Source: Octopus bimaculoides (taxonomy: Eukaryota). Taken from it: a stretch of 64,000 nt of DNA. Within the stretch, counting starts at the first letter, position 1, and each line of letters opens with the position of its first letter. Shown here piece by piece: positions 37,547 to 53,098 of this stretch. Both the position numbers and the translations under genes were made by a program. The stretch lies in contig NC_068989.1 in NCBI RefSeq assembly GCF_001194135.2, positions 8,469,949-8,533,948 on the forward strand, read 5' to 3'. Under the pieces are notes generated by a model, which did no database searches, had not been told where the DNA came from, and saw nothing but the letters and a program-made list of their open reading frames with translations.

Positions 37547-38854
37547 ATATATTTGCATGCATGGAATTTATTGACAGTTCTTTTCAGTTAGAAAAAAATC
37601 ATCAAACACGTCCTCTAATCATTTCGAAGCTCGAATAAATTGCTAATAGTCTAGTAAGTTTAATAAAGATATGTATATTTAATTATTTTGACCATTCATG
37701 TAAAACTGTGTGTTGAATCAGATATTCGTTTATTTTGGGAGAGTCAGCTTGGCAATATAAACCTACGCACTTGTTATAAATTTGAGATCCAGTATTATTT
37801 TCTTAATTACTTGCTTTAATAAACCCTGCACTGTGAACATTCTCCTGATGGGTTTTCTGTAAAGTTTATTACTATTGCGCATGTATTTTAGAGCGCGTCT
37901 GCACGTGAGGCTATGCGCCCACTGTTACGTTCTTAACGTGTATTTTCTTTATTGTAAAACAGATAGAAGAATACTAGGGATCCATATTTTATTCCTTATA
38001 ATCTGTCAATTCCTCTGTCCAGAACATTCATACATTCCTTGTCTCTGTTGACGGAATAGCCAGTGTACGGACATACTAGCTTATCACTTGAGAAATACCC
38101 AGAAATAGCTGTAAGGCTTCAACTTCAGCTTACCCTAATTCAATTATTATAAATGACTTGATATACTAGTCGTGCCTTGGTTTTTGTTGTCCTTTTCCTT
38201 TAATATATATACATGTGTATGTGTGTGTGTATTTATATATGTCTGGCTGCATGCATCCTTGCATGTATTTATTACGTAAGTTGTGAGAGTGAGGTGTGCA
38301 TCAAGAGGACAGGGATGAAACGGTATTTAAGTGCAAATCTTGATATGATCAAACAGAATTTCAGAAAAAGAGTTTCTCAGGAGTTTGTTACATTATATTA
38401 CAAAGAAATTTAATTATCTATAGTAATCTATCAGACAGTTTGATGCAGTTTGTATTCCCGCAAGTAATATATTGTATTATTTTTCCCTACTATTTCGCAT
38501 TGTACAACTACAAATCAATGTGTAAAAATACGGTTGGAAAATATTGCTCACTGGTAACTTACGAACCACTAATAAAAAATCAAATCGCGAACTATCGTGT
38601 GTGTGTGTGTGTACATTCATGTGTATGCGTATGTTTATGTGTGTGTGCTCGTGCGTGCGTGTGTATGCTTGTATATGTGCGTGTGTATATAAATATATAT
38701 ACAAATATGTATATTTAAGTATATGTGAACGTGTATATATATATATATATATATATATTAACATAATTATATTGAAATAAATATGTACATATTTGCATTA
38801 CGTGTGTGAAGTGTAGATATGTGTGTACGTGCGCGTGTCTGTGCATGTAAGGTG

Positions 38855-38892
<38 letters not shown>

Positions 38893-39059
38893 TATTATTT
38901 ATGAGCCCTTTTTCAAGCCTAGCCAGGCTCATGGGCCCGCTTTCCCGGTTTGTATGGCGTATGTGTTCCCTCCCAGCTGGACGGGACGCCAGTCCATCGC
39001 AGCGTTACTCAAGAAACAGGAAGAAAGAATTAGAGAAATACTGCAAGACCCTATTACGA

Positions 39060-39200
39060 TTCGTTTCTAATTGGGGCACAAAACCAATAATTTGATTGGT
39101 ACTTTATTTTATCGACCCTAGAGGAATTAAAATCAAAGCTAACCTCGGTGGATTTGAACTCAGAGCACAAAGACGCATAGCCAATGGTGCTAAATATATT
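39060..39200 (-). mobile_element. SINE family B fragment
   Basis: tttatcgaccctagaggaattaaaatcaaagctaacctcggtggatttgaactcagagc. Confidence 0.65.
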
Positions 39201-39848
39201 TTCCCACGATTCTAAGATTACTGCCACTTCAATAATAGCGAAAATTTCCAAAGTAGTTAATTTCACTTAAATATCTAATGACATAGAAAAACGGAGAAAA
39301 TATGATCTTTTAATATGTTCAAATCGACATTAGTTACATTAACTGAAACCTTTATCGCGTAATATCGGGGGTTTGAAAAACAAAAATATCAAATGTTATC
39401 TCGCTAAATGATTCGTCTACTGTTGCCCAATCTTGAGATTATATCGTGTAGGATGTGTTAATACGCACAACTATTTGTCTGTCTTTACCAGTTTTAATTA
39501 ACCTTATGTCAGACTTCGTCTGACACAGCAACTATGTCCAGAAGTAAAATGTATAAGATCAATAAATGGTATATATCAACTCAACCGTTAACAATTCGCC
39601 TCAAATCGAAATTCTGTGCCTTTACTATGAGTATATTCAAGACAAACACACGTATACATAACGGGAACTGCATTTCGTGGGCCTCTGTTGAAAATGCAGC
39701 GAAATAAGAGTAATGTGGTTACTGGATTTGGAAATTACTTTCCAAATTGCTGCGCATATTTTTCATAAATCAAGTGCAGACAAATATTGTGGTTTCTCTG
39801 AATGAATACGTACATACATACATAAAAACATACTTGTATGTGTGTGTT

Positions 39849-39887
<39 letters not shown>

Positions 39888-39949
39888 GAGGGAGAGAGAG
39901 AGAGAGACTGTGTGTGTATNNNNNNNNNNNNNNNNNNNNNNNNNNNNNT

Positions 39950-39988
<39 letters not shown>

Positions 39989-40369
39989 GAGGGAGAGAGA
40001 GAGAGAGACTGTGTGTGTATAACATACAGATATATATGTGAGTGTACGGATGTATGCATATAAGGAAGTATATTTGTGCACGTGAGTGCACGCGTGCGCA
40101 AGTATGTAATTTTGTGCGCGCTATGTGTATGATCAGCTTTTATAATCACATGCAGCTATGTACAAATCAATTAGGAACAAATCTACATGTGCACATGAAA
40201 TTATCGAACTATGCAATAAGCAATATATGTGCATACATGCATATATATGCATATTTGTACACACACACACACAAACATATATATGTGCGTGTGTGTGTGT
40301 ATGTGTGTACATACGGGCACACACAGGCATATATTCGTATATGCATGTATGTATTTATGTATGTATATA

Positions 40370-40416
<47 letters not shown>

Positions 40417-40531
40417 AAACATAATACATGCATATATATCATATGTGTATGATGCATATGTATATATTGTTCAAATTTAACGAAACCAATATCTATAAAT
40501 CTATCTATGTATTTATATATATATACAAACA

Positions 40532-40562
<31 letters not shown>

Positions 40563-40912
40563 GTAGCAAAGGATGGCTTCTGCTGGCGCTGGTTTTCATG
40601 TGGACGTAAATAGACAAAATAATTATATTGGTAAAATACAGAAACTTTTAAGTGGTGCTACATTTATATGCCTTATATGTTCGTGTATGTGCATACATAA
40701 ATATACATATAGAAGCACTCATGTGCATTCACAAAAGACAGAAAGATTTCGCTTGATATATATATATATATATATATATTCCATGTAGGGGCGCGAGATG
40801 AATGGTAATGTAGAATAGGCTAGTGAGAGACAGAAATTTAATCTTGTAAGATAGCTAAATTGGTGTTGGAGAATGATAAATTTATATACGGGCAGAGTAA
40901 GACAGTGATAGC

Positions 40913-40991
<79 letters not shown>

Positions 40992-42224
40992 GTAGGTAGA
41001 TATATAGGTAGATAGATAGATATTTAGGTAGATATATAGGTAGATAGATAGATATATAGGNNNNNNNNNNNNNNNNNNNNNNNNNNNNNNNNNNNNNNNN
41101 NNNNNNNNNNNNNNNNNNNNNNNNNNNNNNNNNNNNNNNNNNNNNNNNNNNNNNNNNNNNNNNNNNNNNNNNNNNNNNNNNNNNNNNNNNNNNNNNNNNN
41201 NNNNNNNNNNNNNNNNNNNNNNNNNNNNNNNNNNNNNNNNNNNNNNNNNNNNNNNNNNNNNNNNNNNNNNNNNNNNNNNNNNNNNNNNNNNNNNNNNNNN
41301 TAGATAGATAGATAGATAGATAGGTAGGTAGATATATAGGTAGATAGATAGACAGGGATAGATAGGTAGATGAATAGACAGAGATAGATAGGTAGATAGA
41401 TAGATAGGTAGATAGACAGAGAGATGGACAGAGAGATAGATAGAGAGATGAACAGAGATAGACAGACAAAGATAGATAGAGAGATAGATTTTGAGAGAAA
41501 GTTAGAAAATGCAGGAAATAAATGAGCGAGAAATAGATAAGTGTGTAAAACAATATAAATTTTAAGAGGTTCAGAAAGATGAGACAGAGAGCGAATGAAG
41601 GTAAATGAAGGCGAATGTGTGAGGTTGCTATAGGTTAGGTAAGCAATGAGATATACAAATATATGAATAAATGCGACCAGTGCATAACGTATAAATAAAG
41701 CATAGCAGAAAAGGGAAATAGCGAAGGCCACTCAATATGGGAAATCATAAAATAAAATGGCTTTTGGTAAGGAAACAAGAATTTGATTTATACAAGGCAA
41801 GAACTCATCATAGCAGCTATTGTTATCAACCTCATAACCATCATCATCTCCTTTGGCGTTGTCATTATCATTGTCATCATGATCATAGCCATCCCCTTCA
41901 TTGTTGTCGCTAACATCATCATCATCATCATCAGTAGCACAGCAGCAGCAGCAGCATCGTGGTCGTGATCATAGTCGTCGTAAGCGTAATCACCATCGAC
42001 TTCTTCTTCCCTCTCCTCCTACTACTCCCCCTCATCTTTTTCTTCTTCTTCCCCACATCATCGTCTTCTTCTTTCCTCCCCTCCTCCTCATCATAATCAT
42101 CATAATCATCTTCTTCTTACCCAACCTCCTTCTCCTCTACTTCTTCTTTGTTGTCTAATATTACAGCTTATTAGATGATGCCAATGTGTATTGCTACAAC
42201 AATTTCATCATTTTCCTACTTGAT

Positions 42225-42273
<49 letters not shown>

Positions 42274-43710
42274 AGAAAACAACATTGAGGAAGAAAATTC
42301 TCAACCACCACCACCATCATCACCACAATCTCCATTGCTATCGAGCATCATGATGCAAGCATCTCGAGAAATCGACCATTTTGTTGATTTATTTCCATTT
42401 TCTTTCTTATACAACTTCTCTGTGAAGACAACATTTCTGAATGAGCGCATCTTTTCGACGCACACTTAAAAAATTTATATATTATTTTTATTCTTAACTT
42501 ACAAACAGATAATTAGATGTAATACCTCCAGACAATGATCAGGGCCATAGTTTCGACTTTATGGATATTACGTTTTTTTTTTTTAAATTCTTCATATTTA
42601 TGCCATTTTATTGTTGTTTTTTGGGGGAGCTTTTTGGTTCTCTTACGATTGTTCTTCAATTTTTATTACCATCAACAGTAAAATACCAATACATTGAATA
42701 AAAGATCTACAAGTGAAATGAATACCGACTGTTCTTCTGGTATAAGTTAATGGCATTCTCTTGTTTTTGATTGTTTTTTTTTTTTCTGATATCAATAATG
42801 AAATTAAATTTGATGAAAAGTTGATGATGAGAAGCGGGAGGGAGTGGAAGAGGAAGATGATGGAGGTGGTGATGATGATGATGTTGATTCTGATGTGGAG
42901 GAGGAAGAGAATGACGATCATAATTATCATGACGATCATGATGATGACGATGATGATGATGATTTTGATGTGGAGGAGGAAGGGGAGAATGACGATTATA
43001 ATTATGATCATGACGATTATGGTGATGATGATCATGATCATGACAATGATGGTGATGATGACAGTGATGATGATGGTGATGATGATTATAATGCCGACGA
43101 TGATGATGGCAAAGGATGATGGTGGAGGTTGTAAACGTGGGAGGGAAATAGTGATTGCTATCGAATCTGCTTCAACTTCAACTCGTCATCCTTGTTCTTT
43201 TTTTTGGGGAGGGGGTACCATGGTTCGTTATCGACATCGTGGCTATTGACATAGACAAAATCGAAGAGAATATAACAGAACAGAAGAATTCTTACAAAGA
43301 ACGTGATAGCAATTTTGCAACATAATACAGTTTATTACATGTTTCGTCGACCAATAGGACGTGCTGATGGAAAATTTGACCCAATTGTCCTGTATCCATC
43401 CCAATATAAAATTGGTCCTTTTGTTGTAAGAGAGTAAAATAATGAAACCGCATTATATGACGTTCAAGAAACTTTGTAACACATACAATGTTGACAGTTT
43501 ATACGTTTAGCCAATTTCTCATGTGTTTGTCATAGATTTCAACGAATTTTCAAAAGACCAATTCACATATGTTAATACATATACAGAACTTCTCCCGTGT
43601 ATTCGTTAATATTTATTCTGACACTTTCTACCTTTCTTTTGTGGTAGCTTTGATCTATTACATATTACACATATACTTACTTTATATATATATATATGCA
43701 CATATGCACA

Positions 43711-43899
43711 TTTTCCAACGCATCCGTCGCATTTCTCGACATTTCAGTCAACATGCACCACTCCGCTCTCAATACCTCCATCCACTACAAACACAGCGAC
43801 TCAGGCTCATACCTCAACTTTTCCTCCTCCCACCCTACACACACCAAGCTCTCCATCCCCTACTCCCGAGTCCTCCGTCTGCGCAGGCTCTGCAGTGAA
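43711..43899 (+). mobile_element. Penelope-like element, RT C-terminal/thumb fragment
   Basis: SVAFLDISV...LNTSIHYKHSDSGSYLNFSSSHPTHTKLSIPYSRVLRLRRLCS matches the Penelope signature FLD..V...T..Y.K.TD...YL...S.HP.H.K.SIPYSQ.LRLRRICS. Confidence 0.88.
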
Positions 43900-44934
43900 A
43901 AATAAGAAAACAACAAGAGGACGTACGCATAGAATGCATTAGCATGTAAAGATGAAAAAAGAGTAGGTTTTTAACGTTATTAGTATAGTCCTTCATTAGG
44001 AAGACGAGAAATGAGAGAGAGAGAGAGAGAGAGNNNNNNNNNNNNNNNNNNNNNNNNNNNNNNNNNNNNNNNNNNNNNNNNNNNNNNNNNNNNNNNNNNN
44101 NNNNNNNNNNNNNNNNNNNNNNNNNNNNNNNNNNNNNNNNNNNNNNNNNNNNNNNNNNNNNNNNNNNNNNNNNNNNNNNNNNNNNNNNNNNNNNNNNNNN
44201 NNNNNNNNNNNNNNNNNNNNNNNNNNNNNNNNNNNNNNNNNNNNNNNNNNNNNNNNNNNNNNNNNNNNNNNNNNNNNNNNNNNNNNNNNNNNNNNNNNNN
44301 NNNNNNNNNNNNNNNNNNNNNNNNNNNNNNNNNNNNNNNNNNNNNNNNNNATATATATATATAAGTATATAAATATGTATATACACACACACGCACAGAC
44401 ACACACACACACATATATTTATAAATAGGCATATATGATCCGTTTCATTGATTATTGAATTTTGCTTCACCTAAATCTCTACCCTGTTCTACATCATAAA
44501 TGGCTAATAGTATTCGAACTGTAACTAAAATTAAAATATCTTATTTTCAAAACACCCCATTTAACAGTAGATTATTCGGTGTGCATTGCTGTGTAATTTG
44601 AAATATATTCGGATGCTATTTTGAACAGGTTGAGCAATCACTTTAAATTTTCCATCTTATTTTCTATTTTCTATTGTGATATAGTCTCTGCTTTCATATG
44701 CAGTAACAAACACATTAGTCTGTACATATATAGCTGTATGGTTACGAAGTTTTTGAACAACTACGGGGCTTCAACTTCAGTCCCACTGCGTGGCATACTA
44801 GGCCACGGTCTTTTAGTATAGGCCAACAAATATGTTTGTTTGTCGTCTCTATGTTTAGCCCCCTGTGGGCAATAGAGACAAATATATTGTATATAAGTCT
44901 TAAGAACAAAATCTTGTATGAACTCTCAAGGGCA

Positions 44935-44963
44935 ATATGGACACTATTTGAGAACCACTGTCC
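44935..44963. mobile_element. Possible hAT (Charlie-like) MITE terminus
   Basis: TTTGAGAACCACTG is the reverse complement of the hAT TIR start CAGTGGTTCTCAAA; a similar end lies at ~11970-11995. Only one end seen. Confidence 0.35.
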
Positions 44964-45194
44964 CAGCTATTCCAAGCACCTTTTGTCAGTTGACATATAC
45001 CTTGGTTATGACAGCAAAGAACATGCAGTGGCAAGTAATACAGCATTTGTTAAACACATCGAAAATGGACATCGAGAATCACACGTACATTTTTCTCTTA
45101 CTACTAACAAGTTTTATGATGTTGTTTATGTAAGTGATTTAATCTATGGAGAAGTGGAGCCTCAATACGCTATTGAACTGGAACTATCCTAAGT

Positions 45195-45375
45195 AAGGCG
45201 GCGAACAGGCAGAATCGTTTGCACGCCGTGTAAAAATGTTTGGCGCCATTTCGTCCGTCTTTACGTTCTGATTTCGAATTCCATCGAAGTCAGCTTTGTC
45301 GATAAAATATACCAATTGAGCCTTGAGTATTTATCCCCTAAAATTGATAGCTTTGTGCCAAAACTTGAAATCAAT
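45195..45375 (+). mobile_element. SINE family B
   Basis: AAGGCGGCGAACAGGCAGAATCGTTTGCACGCCG head, then catttcgtccgtctttacgttctg... Confidence 0.75.
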
Positions 45376-45867
45376 GTCATAAGTAAGCAGTGTTCATGAT
45401 GCAATGCAAATTTCTCGGTTGACTATTAAAGATTCTGTCTACGGAACTGATTTTCAATTAACAAATTATGTGGATATGTCGTCTGAGATGATCAACAAAA
45501 CAATTTCCCACGAACAGACACTGACATCGACGGCTCATCTGATCGGTCATACGTTGGAAAAATCTCTGAATAGCAACGGAATAAATCACCAACTGTCTCC
45601 TACTAAACATAGAATCTACATTTATTGATTGCTAAACAAAAACACACGCATGCGCAAGAACTACTCCCGTACAAAGACACACATACTTCCTTATGTGTGG
45701 TTGTGGGCGTATGTTTGTGTGTGTATGTGCATGTGTGTGTGTGTGTGTTGAATTGAAGTGCATTCTAAAACAAGATAATAAATAACAGAGCAACGTTACT
45801 GAAGAAGGAACTGTAATGAACAGAAATGAACTTTATTGAAGTAATGTTGACCGAGGCTCTGTGTGTG

Positions 45868-45917
<50 letters not shown>

Positions 45918-46477
45918 TAGGTGGGTGGCTTAGTGGTTAGGCTGTTGTACTCACGACTGTGGTATCAAATCCTACACCGAGTGATGCGTTTTGTTTCAAT
46001 TCACGTTCCTCCAATATCTAGGTAAAGAACAAATTTGATCTGGACTCGGTAAGCCATCATTTTATATATATTTGCTAATTTGGTATCTCTTCCTCAATTT
46101 TAGTTTTAATTACAACAAAACAAACTTCCGGAAATAATAGAGTGCATGTCACCTTGGTTCAGCAAGTATTAATTTTTAAAAAAATACAACTACGAAACGA
46201 ATGAAGCCTGAAGACCATTCATATACACTATACTCGCACACAGTCAGGAACACATACACATATCTAGATAGATGTAGATATACCTGATTTGAGATATCTA
46301 CGGATATGTTTGTAAATACATATTGCTTTCAAATTTTGGCCACAAGACCAGCAATTTCAGAGAGGGGATACGTCGATTCAACAGGAAATTATTTATTCAA
46401 CACTAAATTGATGAAACGTTAAGACGAACTCGGTAGAATTTCAACTCAACACGCGAAGGTAGACGATACAGCTCTAA

Positions 46478-46526
<49 letters not shown>

Positions 46527-46866
46527 NNNNNNNNNNNNNNNNNNNNNNNNNNNNNNNNNNNNNNNNNNNNNNNNNNNNNNNNNNNNNNNNNNNNNNNNNN
46601 NNNNNNNNNNNNNNNNNNNNNNNNNNNNNNNNNNNNNNNNNNNNNNNNNNNNNNNNNNNNNNNNNNNNNNNNNNNNNNNNNNNNNNNNNNNNNNNNNNNN
46701 NNNNNNNNNNNNNNNNNNNNNNNNNNNNNNNNNNNNNNNNNNNNNNNNNNNNNNNNNNNNNNNNNNNNNNNNNNNNNNNNNNNNNNNNNNNNNNNNNNNN
46801 NNNNNNNNNNNNNNNNNNNNNNNNNNNNNNNNNNNNNNNNNNNNNNNNNNNNNNNNNNNNNNNNNN

Positions 46867-46897
<31 letters not shown>

Positions 46898-47832
46898 TGT
46901 GTGGGTTGTGTGTGTGTATGATGCATAATTTTGACGAGGTATGCTTGTGCATACATACATATTTCGTAGATATCATTAGGCCCATATTAGCGTAAGCTTT
47001 ATCTAATCAAAATATATGACCATAAAGACTTTATTCGGTTGATTTACGATTTACGATCAGCAACGTGACTTATGCTAATAGCATCACGCACAAGCTCACG
47101 TGCATGCATGCACGCACATGGAAGCATCTATATGTACGTAAGAATGTATGTATGCGTGTATTTATTTATTTATGTATGTATGAACGTATATATATATTTG
47201 CGTGCACATACATATATCAGTTGTTATTGCACTATACACATATAAAAAATAAATATTACGTATTTATGTATGCGCGAGAATGTTCATTGATTTAAAGTTA
47301 TTCACATAACATCATTTATTGTGAGCGACATTTGATAATGAAATGGGTATATGTACCCCATTTATATCTTCTTTCTTTACAGTAGGCATGGAAACGTATA
47401 TGACTCCTGAATGAGAGCTATTTCCTTTTTTCATGATACAATAGTTGAAATATTGTGTTATTCATATAGCTTTGACCTTTGTAAAACCTACATTATCAAA
47501 GCTCTTCAGAACTCATCTGTCAGATTAAAACGTAGACATACAGGAACTTATATACATATAAATTATAAGCCAAAATACAATATCTGCCACCACTCGGGTG
47601 CCAAATAAGGAAGTTTCACATTTTAACAGTGATATTAATAGTTTGATTTATTTTTTTCATTCCAATATTATTTATGAATTAATGTATTATTTTCTTTCGG
47701 TTGAAATTGTGCTTAAATAACACACAAAAAAAAAGAATTTCTTTTTCTGTTTTGATATCTAATGCATACATACATAGGTTTATTAGTGTCCGCCTGTGTG
47801 TGTGTGTGTNNNNNNNNNNNNNNNNNNNNNNN

Positions 47833-47869
<37 letters not shown>

Positions 47870-49627
47870 AGGTGTATACGGTTATATATATATATACATA
47901 TATACACATATAAATATATACATACACACGCACACATCTGTGTCTTTCTGTGTAATTATATATGTCTGAGATGACGAAAATTTGGTTTTTGTCGCCAAAA
48001 TTTATAAGTTATTTTCATTCACAACTACTGGTTATTGTTTATATAGACAAGATTTCATGAAATTACATAATTTTCCATAATTTACAAACAAATCTTACAC
48101 CGCAAGAATATTTATTCTGCGTATGTTTTATATTATATAAAATCTCTGAGTAGGAACAATATAAGGAGTTAAATTTTGCAAAACCCAACTGGATTGGTTT
48201 TAGAAGGGACTGCAAGAAAAAAGAATCAAAATTATCTGTATTATCTTCTTAATATGTCTAATATATACAGTTCTACGAGATCGAAAGTTCTTGCGCTAGG
48301 AACGACCCGACGCTAACAATAATTGAACCGGTGGGATCTTATTTATTGCCCTGGACCGAATCTTTCTTCAACAGCACTTTCATAGAGATATACATTTCTC
48401 ATTTATACAACTATGCATTCTGGTAGTAATAAATGAAAAGTTTAATAAAGTTTAATAAAGCAGAGGATGCCAAATTAGGTGAAAATGGCGTCATGTTTAT
48501 TGTTAATACTGTAGAACCAACTTATAACAGTACGACAACTAATTCTTGATAGGAACACCATATTTCGCTGGACGACCATGATATACTACCAAGTATATAT
48601 AAAAAAGGTTTATTAATCAATATCTTGCCCTTCTTGTGTTAGAAGTGCAATTAATTCACTTTTTTTAAAGCTATCTCTATAAATATTCTTTAGAAATTAG
48701 AGCCAGCTCTGATAGCGATAACTTTAAAAATCAGTGCTATAGAATATTTGATGAGAAAACTTAGGAACTTTTTTGTTTTTTTGAAAAAAGTGAATTAAAT
48801 TATAGTTGGCTCCAGTTTCTGTAGAATATCTTTAGAGATAACTTTTTTAAAAAGTACGACTATTGTTTCATTGCTAGAGCTCATATGCCTCCCTAATATT
48901 GCTGGTAATATTCCTCAAAGAATGTCTTGCTAATTAATCGTATTTCTCGTTTGCAGAATTTATTAACCTACATTTTGGATTCGAGACAAGATTCTCTTAT
49001 GATCCTTAATTGTAAAGTATGCTTCAAATTTAGCAAGATATTCTAATTTAATTTTCCAGTCGAATTGTGTACCTCACCAACTATAATATTGAAAATGTTA
49101 ATAACATTCTTTGTGTTATTCTATGTGAAATCATAACCCAATTACTTGTGAATAGGTGCTAGTTTTTAATTAATAAAGTTATTTTATCAGGGAATATTTT
49201 TCACCTAGAATGCTACCCGTAAAAGTGTAGGTAATAATTTTACTGTAGTAAAACAAGGAACAGTATGGCATACAATAATTATAGGGTAACTTTAATTAAA
49301 TTATTTGCTGCTTATACAGAGTGGTTAAATGAACACTAATATTAAAAAAAAAATTGCCTAAAAATTTAATAAAACGAATTTCTCATTCCTCTCTTAACGA
49401 CTCTGATACCATTTGCTATCTCTATGATTCTCTCTCTCTCTCTTTCTTGCCAAACCTTGAATATAGAATCCTCCAAAATCTTAGATTAACTCTTTTATGA
49501 TTCTCTCTATTACTTCTGCTCTCTCTCTCTCTCTCTCTCTCTCTCNNNNNNNNNNTATATATATATATATATATATATGAATACACAGCTACACGCATAC
49601 ATATATATATATATATATAGATATGCA

Positions 49628-49674
<47 letters not shown>

Positions 49675-51242
49675 ATATGCACGCACACAGAATTGTTAAT
49701 ATTCTCACACACATACACTCACAAGCTTATGTACGTACATATATACGTACACACACACATATATAATGTATACATACACTCTTGAATGCACAAACGGAAG
49801 AAAGCTCTCAGTAAATGATCGCACTTTATCGCTTCAAGCTGAATATCCATTCTTGCTTCCTATGCTCGATCGTTCACGTAACGAAAAAGTGAAGGAAATA
49901 ACTTAGCTTTAGGGATTTGTCGAATTATGTGTCAGTTTTGATCAGGTGATAATGTCTGGAGCAAGATACAATAAGCGGTTGGTAATTGTTGATGTTAGAA
50001 GGAAACCTCTCTATATGTGGTTAGTTTACTTATCAATCGTAGGGGTGAGAATCAAAGATATTAGCGAGTAGAAAATTATGGCGATCAATATTAAATCTAA
50101 GAATATATGAGAATAAACCCGTCGGGCTTAATGTCAGAATATGAGCAGTTAAACGTTGATTTTTGTAGTATTATGAGAACACGCATAGATTCCACAATTC
50201 TCGGACGTATATCGATAGGACCTCATGCCGATCACCGTGCAATGACTAAGGAAAATAGTCTAATAAAGGGTCATAGAAGCCCTCGACAGAAAAAAAAGGC
50301 CCTCCTTTTCCGTAGCCATTGCACAGTCATCGCCATAAGATTGAAGCTTATATAAATACCATTAGTATTATTTATAGAATTATAAAACACGGTCCCGTAT
50401 AACAAAACCATTCGCACCGAAAGCAAATAGGACCTCGTTGGTCTGTCTGGATATTGGACTGCAATTAAATCAGTTCTGCAACTTATACGTAGGATTTTAA
50501 TTTGAACTTCGGCTTCCAGACATATTGTGATAAGAAAGTACATTTTATTATAATTCTAGATATACAAAACCTTAGAAAGTTTTGAGTCTGTAACCTCGTC
50601 ATTCCTAAATAGTTATTTTCTTTAGCATTTACAGATGTCATAGTTGCTCTTAATGTAACAGTATGTCGGACACATTTGCCTTAAAGTTTATAAATGTAAG
50701 TGCTTTCATAGTTAGCTGCATTTTTTTATGGAGATAACTTTTATTGTTGTAGTATATTTAAGAGACAACGATGTTGAAGCAACTGTAGCTAACTTCATTC
50801 GAATTATTTCGAATGAAGAAACAAATATAGGGTTTTCTATTCTATTACTAATCCCCGAGGACATGGCTTAAAAAATTACACCGAAATAGATATCTCTAAA
50901 GAAAAACAAGGATCTTGTGGTGAGGATCAACAGGGAATTATTTACATACGCAGGACATACGCACTTACACGCAAACTCGATCTCATATACGCATCTAAAC
51001 ACACGCACGCGAACAGATATACTACAAACTGTAAATACGAACATGAGTTGATGATTTCAAGTATATGTAGGAAAGTCAAGAATATATACGTTGTGTGATT
51101 ATAACGTAATGACTCATATCAGGGGCAATCAAATGCCGCGCACACTTTAAGAGTGTGCTTCACAGACTCACACATAAAAAATATTATATAGACATGTGTT
51201 TGTGTGCATGTGTGGGTACGTGTCTGTGTGTGTCTACGTACT

Positions 51243-51276
<34 letters not shown>

Positions 51277-51285
51277 TATATATAT

Positions 51286-51320
<35 letters not shown>

Positions 51321-51488
51321 GGCGTAGGAGTGGCTGTGTGGTAAGTAGCTTGCTTACCAACCACATGGTCCCGGGTTCAGTCCCACTGCGTGGCATCTTG
51401 GGCAAGTGCCTTCTACTATAGCCTCGGGCCGACCAATGCCTTGTGAGTGGATTTGGTAGACGGAAACTGAAAGAAGCCCGTCGTATAT
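51321..51488 (+). mobile_element. SINE family A, well-preserved 5' half (runs into a gap)
   Basis: GGCGTAGGAGTGGCTGTGTGGTAAG (A-box-like), GGGTTCAGTCCC (B-box-like), then GGAAACTGAAAGAAGCCCGTCGTATAT. Confidence 0.9.
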
Positions 51489-52249
51489 GTGTATANNNNN
51501 NNNNNNNNNNNNNNNNNNNNNNNNNNNNNNNNNNNNNNNNNNNNNNNNNNNNNNNNNNNNNNNNNNNNNNNNNNNNNNNNNNNNNNNNNNNNNNNNNNNN
51601 NNNNNNNNNNNNNNNNNNNNNNNNNNNNNNNNNNNNNNNNNNNNNNNNNNNNNNNNNNNNNNNNNNNNNNNNNNNNNNNNNNNNNNNNNNNNNNNNNNNN
51701 NNNNNNNNNNNNNNNNNNNNNNNNNNNNNNNNNNNNNNNNNNNNNNNNNNNNNNNNNNNNNNNNNNNNNNNNNNNNNNNNNNNNNNNNNNNNNNNNNNNN
51801 NNNNNNNNNNNNNNNNNNNNNNNNNNNNNNNNNNNNNNNNNNNNNNNNNNNNNNNNNNNNNNNNNNNNNNNNNNNNNNNNNNNNNNNNNNNNNNNNNNNN
51901 NNNNNNNNNNNNNNNNNNNNNNNNNNNNNNNNNNNNNNNNNNNNNNNNNNNNNNNNNNNNNNNNNNNNNNNNNNNNNNNNNNNNNNNNNNNNNNNNNNNN
52001 NNNNNNNNNNNNNNNNNNNNNNNNNNNNNNNNNNNNNNNNNNNNNNNNNNNNNNNNNNNNNNNNNNNNNNNNNNNNNNNNNNNNNNNNNNNNNNNNNNNN
52101 NNNNNNNNNNNNNNNNNNNNNNNNNNNNNNNNNNNNNNNNNNNNNNNNNNNNNNNNNNNNNNNNNNNNNNNNNNNNNNNNNNNNNNNNNNNNNNNNNNNN
52201 NNNNNNNNNNNNNNNNNNNNNNNNNNNNNNNNNNNNNNNNNNNNNNNNN

Positions 52250-53067
52250 GTGGTGGACGGTGGTCAGAGGAGCCACAGTGTTTCTACCATTGCTAGTTAT
52301 GATGATAGTAAGAGAAGTAGGAGAGGCTGAAGTGGTTGATAGGGTGATTATGTTGGTGTTTGCATTGGTAGTAGTGCTAACGTTGCTGGTCTGGCAGTGG
52401 TTGTCTTGGGGGGATGGTCTGGTATTGGTTGTAGATCGTAGCAGTTTGAGTGGTTGGTGGTTGTAGTTGTTTTTGTTGTAGCCATAGTAATGTGAATAGC
52501 ATTGCTGCTGCTGATGTTGGTGTGAGTGGTGTTAGCGGGAGAGGAGTTCCGAGTATTGGTTGCGGTAGTAGTGTTTCTGCTTGGTGTGGTTTCGTTGGTG
52601 GTGGTGGTTGTGTACGGGGTTTGGGTGGGTTGAGGTGACCGTCATGGTATTTCTTGCGGTCATAGAGACGGAAGTAGGGTCGGTGATAATGATAGAGACG
52701 GCGGAGTTACAGGAGGTGATGTTGGAGGCGGTGGTGCTGGTGGCTCCTTTGGTGGTGGTTGAGGAAGAAGAAGAAGAAGAAGAAGAAGAAGAAGAAGAAG
52801 AAGAAGAAGAAGAAGAAGAGGAGGAGGACGTAACTATTGTAGTATTTGCTGTGGTTATAGTGGTCGTGGGTAAGCTAAATGGTTGTGGTAGTTTCTTCTC
52901 GTTAGTAGCAAAGATGGACCGGTTAGGAGTTGTAATTGTTTCGTTGAGTGTTGAAAGCGTTGATGGTGGCAGCCGTGGGAGTGAGGTGCTTTGGATGGTG
53001 GTGGAAGTGGTAGCGGTAATGATGCCGATGATGGCGTTGCTGATGGTGGTAATGGTAGTGTTTGTGA

Positions 53068-53098
<31 letters not shown>

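Noticed and set aside
42830-43120. Acidic D/E-rich ORF
   Set aside because: Degenerate (GAT)n tract; open in several frames, with no splice or homology support.
44965-45190. GIY-YIG-like reading (DIYLGY..KEH...AFVKHIENGH) near the Penelope fragment
   Set aside because: Spacing is wrong, the first half of the motif is absent, and the ORF's start is made of SINE tail and hAT-like end sequence.
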